Shown here: piece after piece, positions 37,769 to 47,620 of the stretch
How positions within the stretch are numbered: position 1 is the stretch's first letter
How the letters are laid out: each line of letters starts with the position of its first letter
Origin: an uncultured Gammaproteobacteria bacterium
GTDB taxonomy: Bacteria > Patescibacteriota > Patescibacteriia > UBA9934
Direction of reading: 5' to 3'
DNA: 64,000 nucleotides
Assembly (NCBI GenBank): GCA_964452565.1
Contig: CAYVLY010000001.1
Span: forward strand, 643,053 to 707,052
Position numbers and translations under genes: made by a program
The notes under the pieces: model-generated
What the model saw: the letters and a program-made list of their open reading frames with translations, nothing else
Database searches by the model: none
Told to the model about the DNA's origin: nothing

Positions 37769-38380
37769 ATGAACATCTTGTTCGTCCTTCTCGCCCTGCT
37801 CGGGCTCCAGAGCGCCGAGGCCGGTTCTTGCAAGGAGATCTGTCCTGCGAACAAGCCCTGCTTCATCCACTACGTCGACCGCGTGCATACCACGAACGGC
37901 TGGTACCCGTGTGGCCATGGCAATCGCGCCCAGGTCCACGTGCAGTACCAGTCCAGTCGCCGCCGTACGCAGACGCGTGGCCGCGTGCACTTCCAGACCA
38001 GCCCGACCCACTACCCACCCCAGCAGTCCTACGCGGTGCCGGTGGACCCGTACCACCAGCACGGCAACCCAGTCCAGCCGCAGCTGCAGGAGGCGCAGAT
38101 CGTCGAGAGCGAGGCCGAAATCCTGGCACAGGAGCACTGGGATCAGGAACGTCGCGCCGAAGTACAGCAGGCCGAGACTCAGCGGGCTGCTGCCGAGGCT
38201 CAGAGCGATCAGCTCAGGGGTCAGACCCAGCAGCAGCAGGCCAAGATCGACAGCTTGACCAAGCAGCGTGACGCAGCCCGCAAGAAGGCCGATGAGCAGG
38301 AGGCTCGCGCCGACGAGGCCGACGAGCTTCTGCTCGAAGTCGCCGAAGAGCTCGCAGCACCACAGTCGGGGGAGGAGTAG
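37769..38380 (+). CDS. Hypothetical secreted protein with a Q/A/E-rich coiled-coil C-terminal half (cassette cargo)
   Basis: Signal peptide MNILFVLLALLGLQSAEA and coiled-coil-like low-complexity sequence. The start is taken at the internal ATG that has a ribosome-binding site. Confidence 0.4.
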   Translation: MNILFVLLALLGLQSAEAGSCKEICPANKPCFIHYVDRVHTTNGWYPCGHGNRAQVHVQYQSSRRRTQTRGRVHFQTSPTHYPPQQSYAVPVDPYHQHGNPVQPQLQEAQIVESEAEILAQEHWDQERRAEVQQAETQRAAAEAQSDQLRGQTQQQQAKIDSLTKQRDAARKKADEQEARADEADELLLEVAEELAAPQSGEE

Positions 38381-38383
38381 TAC

Positions 38384-39019
38384 ATGTACAACCTCCTCCT
38401 CGTACTGTTGCTGATTGCAGCCAGCTTTGCTCAGTCTCGCCATGCACCCCCTCCGGTGCAGCAGGCACCGGTGACGCAGGCCCATCAGAGTTCGTATTCG
38501 ACCATGATCGATCGGAACCAGATGGTTCCAGGCCGGTGTTATGTTGGCATGCAAGTCACTGGTGCTGGTGCTGGCTGGTTCGAAGCCACCCTCACCAACG
38601 ACACTCCTGCGCCGGTTCGTCTGACCATCGATGGCATCACTGTGCGTGTGTGGAAGCCCATGCAGATGCTTGCTCAGACCGCAGATGGCCAGCAGACTGC
38701 TGTGACGCGGCCTTCGACCGACCGCGTGGTCGTGAACAATGGCGGAGCTGACCAGGAGAGCTATGTGCTCAACCCTGGCGAGCGCTGCCATATGGTGCTG
38801 CCAACCACGCAGCTGGACAAGGCTGGGCGCGCACGCTGGCTCGTGGTCATGGAACAGCTTCGTGCCGTGAATCCCAACGGTCAGTACGCCACACTCGGCG
38901 TACAGGGCAGGCTTCACACCACCGAACACTCGACCATGTTCAGTGTGAACGACTGGTGGGTCATGTTCCAGACCAACAGGAAGACTCTGAACTTCCGGTT
39001 CAGCACCAAGTTCCGCTAG
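38384..39019 (+). CDS. Hypothetical secreted protein (cassette cargo)
   Basis: Signal peptide MYNLLLVLLLIAASFAQS, followed by a terminator hairpin ccgcccctcctcttggagagggcgg. Confidence 0.4.
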   Translation: MYNLLLVLLLIAASFAQSRHAPPPVQQAPVTQAHQSSYSTMIDRNQMVPGRCYVGMQVTGAGAGWFEATLTNDTPAPVRLTIDGITVRVWKPMQMLAQTADGQQTAVTRPSTDRVVVNNGGADQESYVLNPGERCHMVLPTTQLDKAGRARWLVVMEQLRAVNPNGQYATLGVQGRLHTTEHSTMFSVNDWWVMFQTNRKTLNFRFSTKFR

Positions 39020-39105
39020 CACTTCTCCGCATTCGTCCGTCCGCCGCCCCTCCTCTTGGAGAGGGCGGTTTTGCTTATGTAAAAAATCCCCGGCAGAGCC
39101 GGAGA

Positions 39106-39171
39106 TTTTTGTTTAATATGTTTAAGTTGTTCAAATGTTTATTTTGGAGTCAACACTTTAGACAAGTGAGG
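39106..39171. repeat. Right terminal inverted repeat (66 bp) of the GC-rich cassette
   Basis: Reverse complement of 35686-35751, matching at 65 of 66 positions. Confidence 0.85.
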
Positions 39172-39193
39172 CGCAGCCGAGCGATTAAACATC

Positions 39194-40582
39194 TTAATCG
39201 CCTTTCTTATACGTATCTGACACCTGTGAGGCTGCTGCACTCATTGTATTATCTGGATCTTCCACACCTGCAAGCACTGCATCGATCAATCCTTCAAACA
39301 CATCTTCCATAACACCTGCGTCATATCCGCTGTACCAGCTTTGTGCCGTTAGAGTTTGTTCTGCAAAAGCACCAAGCAATATGTCGTCCAGCTGTGCTGC
39401 AATAAGGTCACGTAGAGCTGTTGGCTTTTGAGCTTCTTCAAGATAATTCACAACCTGCTCCTCTTCTGTTGCAAAAAGGATAAAGTTCCACGCCCATTCT
39501 GGGTTTTCACTTGAAGCAGAGACACACTCCACCCAGTAGTTCGCAAAGTTAACCTCACGACCACCAGAGATCTGAGGAACTGTAGTGATTCCATAGTTTA
39601 ACTTTGGTGCCGCTGCTTGCAGGAGCGGGATGTGGTAGCTATATCCCAAGAACATTGCGGTCTCTCCATTTGCAAAGCTCTCGAACGAGCTATCAAAGTT
39701 ATCATTCCATGTGTAGACTTCTTTGGTAGGGTTTGCAAAGTCAGTATAAAAGCTTGCAGCGTCATAACTTGGGTAAACATCCTCTGGTGCATCGTCTGGA
39801 ATCTCATGGAATTGCACTCGCCCACGTTCATCTATCATCTGCGATCCATTTTGCATCATCAAAAGTGAAAGAATGTCTGCTGCGCGCTCAACATTTTCTG
39901 AAGTCCCCAGGGCTGCCCCTGATTGTTCGACGTTTCCGTCGCTATCATACGATGTAAGAGCAATGACATCCTCTTGGAACTGGCTCCAGCTCTCTGCTGG
40001 GTTAGCGATGCCCGCGGCATTTAAAAGATCCTTATTATAGAAGAGCGCCAAACTATCCATTGACATTGGCAGACCATAAATCATTTCTACAGGGTCAATG
40101 TCTGGGTCTGGTTGATAGTCAAGCACAACATCATATGCGACTTGATCAACAAAGCTGGACTCAAGCTCACGCATACTCATTGTCGCATTTGTTCTTGAAA
40201 CCACCACAGTCTCTTTACGCAGCGTTCCCTGAAGCTCTTGATATGTCACCGTTGTTGAACTTGGCATTGGTTCAAGTAATACCTGATATGCAGGTAGCCA
40301 TGTATTGTGAAGCGAGAGAATGTCAGGACCTCGATCTTCAGCAAACGCTTGAATAAGCTCATCTTCGTACTCATCAAACCTAAGTTTCTTATATTCGATG
40401 CTGATGTTTGGGTGATAAGCGCGATAATTGTCCACGATAACATCAAATGTATCGTCATCATCAAACACGCGCCAAATGACCAAGTCGACATCCTCTAGAG
40501 AAGCTGAGCTTCCTGATCCCCCACATCCTGCCCCCATGGTGAAAAGCAGAACAAGTAAGAGTAGTGCGGCTAGTTTTTTCAT
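39194..40582 (-). CDS. ABC transporter extracellular solute-binding lipoprotein (probably carbohydrate-type, family 1)
   Basis: Lipobox LLFTMGAGCGGS. Size and overall pattern fit a sugar solute-binding protein. Confidence 0.55.
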   Translation of the reverse strand: MKKLAALLLLVLLFTMGAGCGGSGSSASLEDVDLVIWRVFDDDDTFDVIVDNYRAYHPNISIEYKKLRFDEYEDELIQAFAEDRGPDILSLHNTWLPAYQVLLEPMPSSTTVTYQELQGTLRKETVVVSRTNATMSMRELESSFVDQVAYDVVLDYQPDPDIDPVEMIYGLPMSMDSLALFYNKDLLNAAGIANPAESWSQFQEDVIALTSYDSDGNVEQSGAALGTSENVERAADILSLLMMQNGSQMIDERGRVQFHEIPDDAPEDVYPSYDAASFYTDFANPTKEVYTWNDNFDSSFESFANGETAMFLGYSYHIPLLQAAAPKLNYGITTVPQISGGREVNFANYWVECVSASSENPEWAWNFILFATEEEQVVNYLEEAQKPTALRDLIAAQLDDILLGAFAEQTLTAQSWYSGYDAGVMEDVFEGLIDAVLAGVEDPDNTMSAAASQVSDTYKKGD

Positions 40583-40583
40583 A

Positions 40584-41453
40584 TTACAAAAGAGATTTTA
40601 TAAATTTGCGCATTTCTGTCTTGAGTTCTTTATGCTCAAGTGCAAGCGCGATATTTGTTTTAAGCCACGATTCTTTTGTCCCAGTGTCTCGATATACTCC
40701 ATCAACGATTTTGATATACATTGGATGTTCTTCAGCCAGCTTGGCAATAGCATCTACCAGCCAAACCTCACCACCTTTACCGCGTTTAGTTTTGTGCAAA
40801 ACACTGAAAATTTCTGGAGGTAAGATATACCCTCCAACGGCCGCAATGTCAGACTTAGCTTTTTCTGGTCCAGGCTTTTCAACAAGTCCCTTTGCCTGCC
40901 AAACGTCTTTATCAACCTCTGCCACAGGATCTGCAATCGCAAATCGTTTCTTGCCTTCGTCTCCAACCTTGAGCCCTGTTAGAACAATATCTTCGTATTT
41001 GTCATAAACATCAATGAGCTGCTGAAGATGAGGCTTTTTCCCTCCAGAAAAGAATTCATCTCCCCATACAACTGCAAAGGGCTCATCACCAATTACATGT
41101 TCGGCATTTAATACTGGTGTCCCATTTCCATAAGGACCTTTCTGACGGATGTATGTGAAGTTCGCCATGTCTGCGATTTTTTTGATGCGCTCACGGATGT
41201 CGTCTTTTTTTTGCTTTTTGAGCCAGGCCTGAAGTTCGTAGTTGTAGTCAAAGTGATCCTCCACCGCACGCTTTGCCGCACCAGTTACTAGAATGATGTC
41301 TGTAATTCCACTATCAACTGCCCCCTCCACAACGTATTGTATAACAGGCTTATCAATAATCGGCATCATCTCCTTTGGCATGGCCTTTGTTACGGGAAGG
41401 AATCGAGTTCCATACCCTGCCACTGGAATCACAACTTTTCTTATTTTTTGCAT
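40584..41453 (-). CDS. galU: UTP-glucose-1-phosphate uridylyltransferase
   Basis: N-terminal signature KVVIPVAGYGTRFLPVTKAMPKEMMPIIDKP. The start is taken at MQKIRK. Confidence 0.8.
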   Translation of the reverse strand: MQKIRKVVIPVAGYGTRFLPVTKAMPKEMMPIIDKPVIQYVVEGAVDSGITDIILVTGAAKRAVEDHFDYNYELQAWLKKQKKDDIRERIKKIADMANFTYIRQKGPYGNGTPVLNAEHVIGDEPFAVVWGDEFFSGGKKPHLQQLIDVYDKYEDIVLTGLKVGDEGKKRFAIADPVAEVDKDVWQAKGLVEKPGPEKAKSDIAAVGGYILPPEIFSVLHKTKRGKGGEVWLVDAIAKLAEEHPMYIKIVDGVYRDTGTKESWLKTNIALALEHKELKTEMRKFIKSLL

Positions 41454-41569
41454 AAAATTTGAGGGATTTAAGTACATTGATTATATCAGAGCGGGCTTTG
41501 TGGTGAAAGAAAAATACCAACACCTTTCTAGGATGTGGTGGGCAGTGTGATTGACATGTATGAGGTGTC

Positions 41570-42385
41570 GTGATAGCTTATTTACTCACCTTAAGCTGGG
41601 AAACGGAGGTAAAAATGACCCAGTCACGAGATGAGAGAAAGGAGTTTCTCCGACAGGAGATGCTGCGCGATATGGAAGTCGGCATGGAGGCCGCGCGTCG
41701 GCAGGTTGGTGGGGCTGCCAAAAGTGGCGCCCACCCACTCAGGGTCTTCGAGATTGCTGGTCGTATGATGCACCAGTCCCTTGCAGAGAGGTTGGAGCTC
41801 CAGGAGGGTGACGAGGAGCTCATGCAAGAGATAGCTCGTGAGGAGCATGCTCACAGGCTGAGGTCTTCTATTGCCGGCTTGACCGAGGCCGCCAACGAGA
41901 TCAGCGCCCATTGGGGTCCGATGACCCAGCAACTTGAGCGTGATCGACAGGGTCCGGTGAACATCCAACCTGGTGATATCTGCGCTTTGCCAGGTGTGAT
42001 AGACAAGGAGAGGGACGCGCTGAAATCCACCGCACTGTATGTGGTTGATCGAGACGGGGATACGCTCGTTGTCTGTCCGCTGCATGTTGACATAACCGTG
42101 CATGGCATCAAGACCAAGCGCGACTACGATGTTGTCCTTGTTGGTAAGGATAGCCCCCTTTCTGCGTTTCCGACGAGCAAGACGGCCGTCCGGCCCTGGT
42201 TGACACGCAGGATTCCAGCGAGCGCAATCACAAATCACCCAGCCGCGCGGCTCTACGAAGAGCAGCATCAACGAGTCGTCGAGGCCTATGAGTTCAAGTC
42301 CAGTCGCCGCAAGCGGCCGTGGGCCAAGCCTGCCTGGGATGCCGCGTGGAGGTCTGTAATCCAGCGACTCGTGAGCAACAACTAG
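41570..42385 (+). CDS. Hypothetical protein in a GC-rich islet
   Basis: Clean ORF with elevated GC. No recognised motif. Confidence 0.35.
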   Translation: MIAYLLTLSWETEVKMTQSRDERKEFLRQEMLRDMEVGMEAARRQVGGAAKSGAHPLRVFEIAGRMMHQSLAERLELQEGDEELMQEIAREEHAHRLRSSIAGLTEAANEISAHWGPMTQQLERDRQGPVNIQPGDICALPGVIDKERDALKSTALYVVDRDGDTLVVCPLHVDITVHGIKTKRDYDVVLVGKDSPLSAFPTSKTAVRPWLTRRIPASAITNHPAARLYEEQHQRVVEAYEFKSSRRKRPWAKPAWDAAWRSVIQRLVSNN

Positions 42386-42473
42386 GGTGTGATTTCCTGC
42401 AACACACTCATACGTATCAACACCCAGCCATCTCGTGGTTGGGTGCTTATAGTTTCAACAAAGAAAACTTCGA

Positions 42474-43763
42474 TCAGTTCGAGATTTTTTGTTTGTAGTT
42501 TGTTGTGATGAATCCCGCTAACAAGACCCACGTCATCACAGCAAGGTCATTTTTGAAATAGGGGACGTCGACAAGGCCGTGTATGAAGATTGTTAGTAAG
42601 GCGGCGAAGAGGGCGAGTTTGATCGGATTTCGATAGTCGATGGATCCCCGATCGGAGTCGGGGATGACAAACGAACGAATAATCAAGATTCCGAACCAGA
42701 TAAGAACGATGAGGCCGATAAGGCCGAGTTCGGTCCAGGTGTTTAGGAAAATGTTATGTGGGTATTGGAAAATTTCGTATAGGGTCGCATCGTGGTATGG
42801 CTCAAGAGCTTCTGGGTAACCATTAAGCCCAGCGCCAAAGAAAGGCTTGTCTTTCAAGAGTTCGATCATTTCGGTCCACTGCGAGATTCGGACTTGTCCA
42901 GAATAGTCTTGGAGTAAGAGTTTCTCGCGTGAGGTGGGGATCAAGAGCGAGAATAAGACCAATAGGACCGATAGGGCCAATAAGACGTATTTTGTTTTTC
43001 GTTTGATACTTGAGAATAGTAATGCAATAACCACAGCGGCTGGTATTGCAACTAGAGCGGCCTCAGTTTGTCCAAGGATTATCGCAATTACGCCGAGGAG
43101 GATTGTGAGGATCGGTAAGATTCGTGAGATCCCTCGACTGCGCTCGGGGTGGAGAAAGAGAAGAATAGCGTTCAGGGATACAATCGGCGCCAGGAAAAGC
43201 CCCAATGCATTGGGATAATCAAAGAAACTTGTTACGCGGAGCTCAATGTCCCATGGGGTTGGGATGCCGATGCCTGTAAGGTACTGCACGATTGCAAAGA
43301 TCGAAATAACGATTGCCGATAAGCTCAAGGCTTGTAGAGATCGGATCCAATCGTTTCGATTGAACGTAGTGATCATCATGGTAGCCACGAGAATTGGCTC
43401 AATGAAGTATGCTTTCCAGATTCCAAGCGCTGAGAAAAGGTCTGGCGCAACAACAGCGCCAAAGCTTGCAGCTGCAATAAGCAGAAGAGTTGGTTGGATC
43501 CATACAGTGCCTCCACCTCGAGCAAGGCGAGAGGTTTTCTTGAGAAGATTTTTTCTGGTGTTGGGACGTGATAATCGATAAGCCCAGATGATCACACAGA
43601 TCAAAATCAAAACCTCCAGGGCTGTTGAGGGAATCGGCCCAACATCGAATCGTAAAAGATAAATCGGAAGAAGCCCAGATAACAAAACAAGCGCCATCTT
43701 AAGATTGCGCCATGCAAGGATTGCGAATGCGATGAATAGGATTGTTAGGGGGAAGAGGTACAT
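42474..43763 (-). CDS. Polytopic membrane protein, O-antigen ligase/Wzy-like
   Basis: About 10-12 TM helices with a larger periplasmic loop. It lies next to a Wzx-like flippase gene. Confidence 0.4.
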   Translation of the reverse strand: MYLFPLTILFIAFAILAWRNLKMALVLLSGLLPIYLLRFDVGPIPSTALEVLILICVIIWAYRLSRPNTRKNLLKKTSRLARGGGTVWIQPTLLLIAAASFGAVVAPDLFSALGIWKAYFIEPILVATMMITTFNRNDWIRSLQALSLSAIVISIFAIVQYLTGIGIPTPWDIELRVTSFFDYPNALGLFLAPIVSLNAILLFLHPERSRGISRILPILTILLGVIAIILGQTEAALVAIPAAVVIALLFSSIKRKTKYVLLALSVLLVLFSLLIPTSREKLLLQDYSGQVRISQWTEMIELLKDKPFFGAGLNGYPEALEPYHDATLYEIFQYPHNIFLNTWTELGLIGLIVLIWFGILIIRSFVIPDSDRGSIDYRNPIKLALFAALLTIFIHGLVDVPYFKNDLAVMTWVLLAGFITTNYKQKISN

Positions 43764-43863
43764 AGTTAGTTATCGAAGACCTCCCCTGGCCCCTCCTTCG
43801 TAAGGAGGGGAACCGAAATCTTGACCCTCCCCCTTACGAAGGGGGAGACGGAGGGGGTTTTAT

Positions 43864-45300
43864 CTATGGCTGGCTTATTGGTGGCTTCTCTGGTAGGAAC
43901 AAGTTAATCACTTCTTTTGGCTTTGGTCCACCAAGCGCCGTTAGTGCCGCTACGTATATGATCATTGCGCAAGGTATAAGTATCAAGACATGTACGTTTG
44001 GCAAGATCACCAGAATGATGAACATCACGACACTTGCGAGGATCGCCTTGGAGAGCATCTTGAGAGATGGGAAGTACTTGCTTACACGCCAGACAACATA
44101 GAAGGTGAGAGTTCCAATCAAGGCTTCTGAGAAAAGTGTCAGCCATGCTGCAGCCCACATTCCATGGGTTGGGATGAAGTAGATATAACCAGCAACAGTT
44201 AGAACAGCAACAGCTAAGTAGCCCCATGTCATCACTTTCTGTTTATTAAGCGCCACGATCGCGTGTCCAAATAAAGAGTTCCAGAACACAATAGCTGCAG
44301 CAGGTCCTAAGATCATAAGCATACGTCCAGATTCTCTAAACTCCATTCCAGCAACGAGCTGCATTATCGGCACCCCAAGCGCAATTGTCCCAAAGATAAT
44401 CGGAGTTGCAGCAATGGACAGGAAGTCAAACGATCTTTGCATGTAGGTTTTGAATCTCTTAGTGCGTGAGGCGCTCCAGGCTGCAACAAGAAGAGGGAGG
44501 GCGATCCCCATATACATCACAGGTATTGCAGCAACCACGTCCACCACCTTATAGGCAGCTCCATAAAGTCCAGTCTCTGCATTGTCTCTAAAGATTGATA
44601 AAAAGACGATGTCACCGCGTAAGTAGATAAGGTTAAAGAAGATCGATGCTCCGATCGGCCAGCTACGCAAGATGATTTTCTTCCAAATGGCTGTGTTGAG
44701 TCTTGGCTTGAATGAAACTAGTGCTCTAGTCTGTGTGAGCATGAGCATGAGCTGGATTGCGTTTCCAATAACAAGCAACCAGATGACATCAACTACGCCA
44801 AAATCAAATATCGGAGCCAACAAAACCCCAATTAACACCGCGGTTCGGTTAGCAAGCTCAGCAATGACCGCTTTAGACATGAGCATACGTTTTTGAAAGA
44901 CACCGACAAACATCTGGGAGGTTGTTCCAAAGAGATAGGAGAATGCGCCGACCGCAATGGCAAGTTGGATAATATTATCGTACGGGAAAAAGATAGCAAC
45001 AACTGGTGCAAGTGCTAAGAAAACAATCGCGGATATTATTCTCAGGGTCAAAAGGTTTCCGAGAAGCGTTGCCTCATCTGCCTTTTTCTCTGAGATCATT
45101 TGCGTTGTTGTGAGTGTAAGGCCAAAATCGACAATCACTGCAAATATCGATAGAAACGATAGAGCAATTGTAAATTGACCATAACCTTCAACACCGAGAT
45201 GTCGAGCCAAGACTGCAACTGTAAATACACCCAGGAGTGTGGCTGCGGTCTTTCCAATGATCTGGATAGCAGCATTTTGTGCTAGCGCTTTTGTTTTGTT
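43864..45300 (-). CDS. Polysaccharide biosynthesis flippase (Wzx/MOP superfamily)
   Basis: N-terminus KTKALAQNAAIQIIGKTAATLLGVFTVAVLARHLG, typical of Wzx/MurJ-type exporters, with about 14 TM helices. The start is taken at the internal MNKTKAL. Confidence 0.55.
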   Translation of the reverse strand, partial: NKTKALAQNAAIQIIGKTAATLLGVFTVAVLARHLGVEGYGQFTIALSFLSIFAVIVDFGLTLTTTQMISEKKADEATLLGNLLTLRIISAIVFLALAPVVAIFFPYDNIIQLAIAVGAFSYLFGTTSQMFVGVFQKRMLMSKAVIAELANRTAVLIGVLLAPIFDFGVVDVIWLLVIGNAIQLMLMLTQTRALVSFKPRLNTAIWKKIILRSWPIGASIFFNLIYLRGDIVFLSIFRDNAETGLYGAAYKVVDVVAAIPVMYMGIALPLLVAAWSASRTKRFKTYMQRSFDFLSIAATPIIFGTIALGVPIMQLVAGMEFRESGRMLMILGPAAAIVFWNSLFGHAIVALNKQKVMTWGYLAVAVLTVAGYIYFIPTHGMWAAAWLTLFSEALIGTLTFYVVWRVSKYFPSLKMLSKAILASVVMFIILVILPNVHVLILIPCAMIIYVAALTALGGPKPKEVINLFLPEKPPISQP

Positions 45301-45386
45301 CATAATAGCTACAGTATAACAGTGCTCGGTGCTCGGTGCACAGCTTTGTGATGAAATATGATAAAATGTGTGTGTAATAAAAATAT

Positions 45387-46142
45387 ATGGCAAAGGAATT
45401 GAAAAGACTATTAAAATCGATTGGCCTAATGCCTAGCGAGGCAAAGGTCTATTTGGCAGCTTTGGAGCTCGGCGCGTCGCCAGTGCAGGCTATTGCAACT
45501 AAGTCTGGCATATCCCGGACAGCAGCATATGATGCGATAGGTATGCTTTCTGAACGCGGGCTTATGAGTAGCTCGATTGTCGGCAAAAAGCAGCTGTACG
45601 CATCAGAGGATCCAGAGCGGCTTGTATCTTATTTGAAAGAAGAGCAGCAAAAGTTTAAAACAAAAATCGAGGATGTTACCCGATCAATCGATGCTTTGAA
45701 GCTGTTGGGTGGCGGCGCTAAGCCGATTGTAAAAGTATACGAGGGGAAGGAGGCGCTTTCAGCGTACTTTGATTATATTGAAAGGGTGAAGCCATCTGAG
45801 TTTGATGAAATCTCAAACGTTGATGATGTTTATAATTATTTGGAAGAGAACGTTCTACTTGCTGCTAGAAAGGCATATAAGCACACACCAAAGAATGCTC
45901 GAATTTTACTCCATGGTCCTGCCAGGAATCCAAGAAAGGGCTATCAGTATAAGATGTTGCCAGAGGATTTAGAATTTAGAGGCAATATAACGATTTTCGA
46001 TAAATACATTTTCTTTATTTCATATATCGGTTCAATGACAGTCATCGTCATGGAAAGTGAAATGTTTGCAAATTCGATGAGGGCATTGTTTGAAACAATG
46101 TGGAGATCTGGGAAAAAGGCAAAGTTTATTTCAAAGAAATAG
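45387..46142 (+). CDS. TrmB-family helix-turn-helix transcriptional regulator
   Basis: N-terminal HTH segment LMPSEAKVYLAALELGASPVQAIATKSGISRTAAYDAI. Confidence 0.6.
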   Translation: MAKELKRLLKSIGLMPSEAKVYLAALELGASPVQAIATKSGISRTAAYDAIGMLSERGLMSSSIVGKKQLYASEDPERLVSYLKEEQQKFKTKIEDVTRSIDALKLLGGGAKPIVKVYEGKEALSAYFDYIERVKPSEFDEISNVDDVYNYLEENVLLAARKAYKHTPKNARILLHGPARNPRKGYQYKMLPEDLEFRGNITIFDKYIFFISYIGSMTVIVMESEMFANSMRALFETMWRSGKKAKFISKK

Positions 46143-47554
46143 GAAAACCGCCGGCGCAGGGCACCGGCGGTGGCACGAAGGGTCTGTTCTAGACTCCACC
46201 CATGTTGGCCTCCTCCGAGAAAATTCAGAAGTCTTCCTATATCCGCGTTCGAAACGGTCGTACGTGGTGATGGTTTTTGACCCCGATGGGGTCGTTTGAC
46301 TTTTGATTCTCCGGTGGAGTTATGGGGGTCGTCGCATAGAACGGGATTCGCTAGGCGTTCATGACGACTCCAGGTGTTTTTTGCAGCGGGATGCCGCGGA
46401 CGAACACGCGCGCTGGGCGAGCGTGACCCAGTACTATACATGAAAAGTGGTTAGTTGTCAATAGGAAGATAGAAAGCTAAAAGAAGAAAGCCTGAAGTAT
46501 ACAGAAAAAACCGATGGAAATCGGGTTTTTTTTTGTTTAATTTTAGCTAAATATGCTCAAAATGAGCTATTTTTGTACATTAAGGGCTTGACAGATTTTT
46601 ATAGTTGTGATAGGTTTCTTTGTTCGCTGGTGAGCCAAATAGCTCAAGCGAGCACTTTACAGCCTTAAATCGCCACCCTTTGCAGTATCCTGAGTTGATC
46701 AAGGTATTACAAAGGGGTAGGTGATGCGCTAAGCCATAATCCCTGGGAGCCACGCAGGTGGTAATGCAGTATGTCCCAATCGAGCTCATGGGTTACGACT
46801 TTAAGTCGACCCCGCCGCTGGACACGGCAGGCATCCTGATGCATGAGTAAGAATACTGCAATGACCGATATCACCCGAGGCACGCCATTCAGGCATCCTC
46901 TCCATCGAGAGTAAGGATGGGTATGTGACAGGGAATGATAGGTAAAACAGTAGGCCCTCCTATGTCCAAAGGTAGGACCGCTGAGCGTGATTCGTGTTTG
47001 GGGCGGAGCCGCATACTGCGGCCCCCCCACTTCGAAATAATATTCACTTGGTCCTCATCTGAACGTATCCCCCATGCGCGTTCAGATGAGGATCTGGAGG
47101 ATACGTGGAAACCTCGACCCCTGTTGTGTACGGCCGATAACCACCGCTGCCTTGGCAGCATAAAAGAGGCAGAAACGGTTCATCTGGAGGGTTATTAATA
47201 AAGCTATAGCCTTACCAACTGAGAGAGAGCCCTGGATTTATTCCAGGGAACTGGGAAGAGAGACCCAGTTCTCTGGAATGGATCACCAAACCCTAACACA
47301 GGAGTAGCTGATCACTACTCATACGTGTGGGCCCCTAACGGGCCAGCGAGCTTGGTTCACCACCTCTCCTTCGAAGCTTCGGTATCAAGGCAAGGTGGAA
47401 CTGACCAGCTCCAAACCTCGAGTAATAGTGACGCGGCGTAGCGGAAAGATCATCCGTCGTCACGTCACCGAACCCAAGTAGTCGAATTCGTCGACGTAAA
47501 TCTTGGGCCGCCCCTGCTAGGAGATTGACAAAGTCGATAATCTAGGAGGTGCGT

Positions 47555-47620
47555 ATGGAAACAATAATCTATCTAAGTTATTCAATAATCATCGGAATGT
47601 TGTTAGCTGTAGGTGTATAG
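47555..47620 (+). CDS. Speculative 21-aa hydrophobic peptide with a strong Shine-Dalgarno sequence, inside an otherwise ORF-free region. It is followed by a long stem-loop.
   Basis: AGGAGGT lies 5 nt upstream of the ATG. The peptide is METIIYLSYSIIIGMLLAVGV. A 15-bp imperfect stem follows at 47624-47675. Confidence 0.15.
   Translation: METIIYLSYSIIIGMLLAVGV

Larger units (their letters stand above)
35686..39171. mobile_element. Candidate non-autonomous mobile cassette or genomic islet. It is 66-bp TIRs flanking about 3.35 kb of GC-rich DNA with three ORFs and no transposase or integrase.
   Basis: Inverted repeats matching at 65 of 66 positions lie at both ends. There is an abrupt compositional shift inside. 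Inward-facing terminators sit at both ends, and a divergent promoter region lies in the middle. Confidence 0.45.
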
